From: an uncultured virus (IMG/VR IMGVR_UViG_3300043006_000086)
Taxonomy: Duplodnaviria; Heunggongvirae; Uroviricota; Caudoviricetes
IMG/VR virus record: IMGVR_UViG_3300043006_000086
Location: 54,528-74,527 of that record
DNA length: 20,000 bases
Reading direction: 5' to 3' (one strand)
Shown here: one piece after another, positions 17,628 through 20,000 of the stretch
Numbering within the stretch: position 1 is the first letter of the stretch
Layout: every line of letters begins with the position of its first letter
Program-made: the position numbers and the translations under genes
The notes under the pieces: model-generated
What the model saw: only the letters and a program-made list of their open reading frames with translations
The model's database searches: none
Told to the model about the DNA's origin: nothing

Positions 17628-20000
17628 ATGACAGATAAGACTAAATTTAGACCGGTCAATGGTACAGAAGAGCAAATCTTAAGCGCTTCTAAAACGCCAG
17701 GATATGTTTATTTTGCAACTGATACCGGAAGAATTTATTTAGACTTAGATCAAAATACTCGTATTTCTATGGGCGGTAGTGGTGTTGCTTTATTATATGG
17801 TAAAGCTGATACCATCAGTCCAGATGAACAAGGTTTTTACACTTTGAGTTTTGATGATCTTGAGGATGATGTAACTCCAAAAGAAGGAGATCTTATTTTA
17901 AATAAAGATGGAATCTTCTATCGAGTTATGGAAGCGGATTCTGATTCACGCTCTATGCTTTGCGCAATTCTCGCAGTAAGCGGAAGTGGTGGATCAGGTG
18001 GCGGTGGTACATCTAGTTTATCTAAGAAAATTGGTATTACCATTCAGCCATTGTCAACAAGTAATCTAATCAATGGTCAGTCTTTTGGAGTATACTTTAC
18101 TGCAAATTCTGGAGTTGATTATGATGGCTCTGTTATGGATGATAAATTAATAGTTCATTGGACTCTATATGAAAAAGTTGATTCAACTTATATTAAATAT
18201 AGTGAAGGCCAAATGGATGTTAACTCTGGTGAATTAACAGAATTTGAGTTAGGCGAAAAATTAAGAGAATCAACATCATCTCGTTTAACTATGTATGCTA
18301 GTGGTATTAATAGTGGTGAGAGTGCTTCTAAGAGCGTTGATGTTGTTACTGGACAGTTATCATTAACTCAGTCTCAAAATTTCTCAGCAACCGCACGTTA
18401 TACACCAGATAATGTTAAGTTACAGTGTAATGCAATCGGAAGTATGAATAAAATTCTTGATTTCTATTTTGATGGAACTTTAGTTGAATCTAAAAAATTA
18501 ACTTCTTCATCTGAAAACTTCCAGAGCTATACTGTAAGTTCTAGTTATGCAACACATGGTTATCATTCAGTTCGTATTGAATTATATCAAGCTATTGTCG
18601 TAAGTAATACATGGTCTAGAGGATTGATGGTAGATCCAATAGAATTTGAAATTGGTGTATTCGCAACAGGTAATACAGATCCGGTAATTTGGTTGGGAAC
18701 TTATAATGAAGAGTATTATAATTATGATACAATTCAAATTCCATTCTTGGTATACGATCCTTCAAGCACAGCCTCTGCGCACATCGTATTAAGAAAAAAT
18801 GGTAAGGAAATCGCAAGTTCTCCTCGTGATATTGATACTACTACAATGAGTTCTTGGAATATCTTTGAAATTGCAGATGCAGATTTGGATATGGTAAATA
18901 GATATTCTATTTCTTGCGGCGACATAACAAGAGATATTACCTTTACTGTAGTTCAAGACCCGAACAGAACAATGGAAGTTGTTAAACAAGAGTCCTTGAA
19001 ATTGAACTTTGACGCAAAGGGTCGTTCAAATAGTGAATCCGCAGTTAATCGTGAAACATGGACTACTGATGATGGTTCTATTAAAGCTACATTTAAGGAT
19101 TTCAACTGGTATAATAATGGTTGGGTTCTTGATGATGACAATAATACTTGTTTACGTATTAGTAATGGAGCAGAATTTTCTATTCCTATTGGAACATTAA
19201 CTTATGGTTCAACTGATATTTCTAAACAGTCTAACTCTATTGAAATTCAATTCAGAGTTCGTAATGTACAGGATTACTCAAGCTTGATTCATAACGTAAC
19301 ACGTTACAATGGTGATGATAAATTCTATACAGCATTTAAAGCGCAGTCTTACTATACTAACTACGATTCATTCCTTCATTATTACCTTCCTCTTTACAAT
19401 GCAACTGTAAGTGAAGATCAACAGGTAGATTATGATGATCTTGAGTTTAGTAGAGTTCAGAAAGAGATTAGCTTAAATCGAGTTGCTTGTAGTTATTACT
19501 CAGGTGACGAAAGTGGAGCTGTAGGAATCTGTCTTGGACCGCAAGATGCATTCTTTTCTAATGGAACAAATACTGTAAACGTAAGTTATGTTGAGGATCA
19601 GTTAATCAATATTTCTATGGTATACTCTCATGGTAGCGACCAGATGATGTATATTTATATTAATGGTGTTTTAACTGGTGTTATTAAATCAACAATCGGT
19701 CTATTCACAATTAACTCAAATAAGATTGTATTTAATTCTAATTATTGCGATATTGACTTATACAAAATTAGAGTTTATAATACAGACTTAAATGTAAATG
19801 ATATTGTTACTAACTACTCAGTAGATTTAAAAAATGTAACTATTTACGATCAAAATAAACTTGCAGAAGAAAATACTGCAATTCATGAATATCAGTTTAA
19901 ATATGATAACATGATTAAGTATAATGATGAACATCCAAGTGCTCCTTTAATGCCTTATATCATTTTTGATACAAGTGCAACTGGAAATAATGATAAGCTT
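17628..20000 (+). CDS. Large multidomain phage protein, 3'-truncated (>791 aa), with a LamG/concanavalin-A-like domain; not in the ORF track
   Basis: AAAGGAG at 17609-17615, ATG at 17628, frame open to the window end (MTDKTKFRPVNGTEEQ...PLMPYIIFDTSATGNNDKL). Gly-rich linker SGSGGSGGGGTSS (17979-18017), beta-sandwich-like segments, and a LamG-like signature NISMVYSH...MYIYINGVLTG...DIDLYKIRVYNTDL. Confidence 0.85.
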   Translation, partial: MTDKTKFRPVNGTEEQILSASKTPGYVYFATDTGRIYLDLDQNTRISMGGSGVALLYGKADTISPDEQGFYTLSFDDLEDDVTPKEGDLILNKDGIFYRVMEADSDSRSMLCAILAVSGSGGSGGGGTSSLSKKIGITIQPLSTSNLINGQSFGVYFTANSGVDYDGSVMDDKLIVHWTLYEKVDSTYIKYSEGQMDVNSGELTEFELGEKLRESTSSRLTMYASGINSGESASKSVDVVTGQLSLTQSQNFSATARYTPDNVKLQCNAIGSMNKILDFYFDGTLVESKKLTSSSENFQSYTVSSSYATHGYHSVRIELYQAIVVSNTWSRGLMVDPIEFEIGVFATGNTDPVIWLGTYNEEYYNYDTIQIPFLVYDPSSTASAHIVLRKNGKEIASSPRDIDTTTMSSWNIFEIADADLDMVNRYSISCGDITRDITFTVVQDPNRTMEVVKQESLKLNFDAKGRSNSESAVNRETWTTDDGSIKATFKDFNWYNNGWVLDDDNNTCLRISNGAEFSIPIGTLTYGSTDISKQSNSIEIQFRVRNVQDYSSLIHNVTRYNGDDKFYTAFKAQSYYTNYDSFLHYYLPLYNATVSEDQQVDYDDLEFSRVQKEISLNRVACSYYSGDESGAVGICLGPQDAFFSNGTNTVNVSYVEDQLINISMVYSHGSDQMMYIYINGVLTGVIKSTIGLFTINSNKIVFNSNYCDIDLYKIRVYNTDLNVNDIVTNYSVDLKNVTIYDQNKLAEENTAIHEYQFKYDNMIKYNDEHPSAPLMPYIIFDTSATGNNDKL

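Noticed and set aside
294..19200. Short alternative-frame and antisense ORFs in the track (e.g. 294..542, 3166..3561, 15456..15710, 16214..16603, 18616..19200)
   Set aside because: All lie within or across long + strand genes, lack convincing RBSs, and read as shadows of the sense-strand codon bias.
1..20000. Genome-wide stop-codon reassignment (TAG or TGA read as sense)
   Set aside because: Standard code 11 gives near-complete coding density with no interrupted ORFs, and TGA and TAG both occur at apparent gene ends.

Overview
AT-rich (roughly 30% GC by eye) window with ten co-directional + strand genes. Two are truncated by the window edges, and the six-frame track misses the last one. Firmicutes-type Shine-Dalgarno sites (AGGAG/AGGAGG) precede the starts. 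The content is a virion tail/baseplate/fibre module of a large tailed phage or prophage, most likely infecting a low-GC Firmicute. Gene order: a repeat-containing tail spike/fibre-like protein, a DUF1617-like small protein, a 67-aa acidic protein, a Dit-like protein, a Tal/hub-like protein, a 116-aa beta protein, an 1814-aa fibre, a terminator hairpin, two smaller fibre proteins, a second terminator, and a >791-aa LamG-like protein. I found no tRNA, rRNA, CRISPR array, integrase, transposase or reverse transcriptase. The most notable pattern is modular reuse of short domains between neighbouring genes: a shared N-terminal module on three consecutive genes, DxxGH repeats in two genes, Tyr-rich micro-repeats in four genes, and a small free protein matching an internal segment of the Dit-like protein. 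All family assignments are by motif recognition only and need HMM or structure confirmation.
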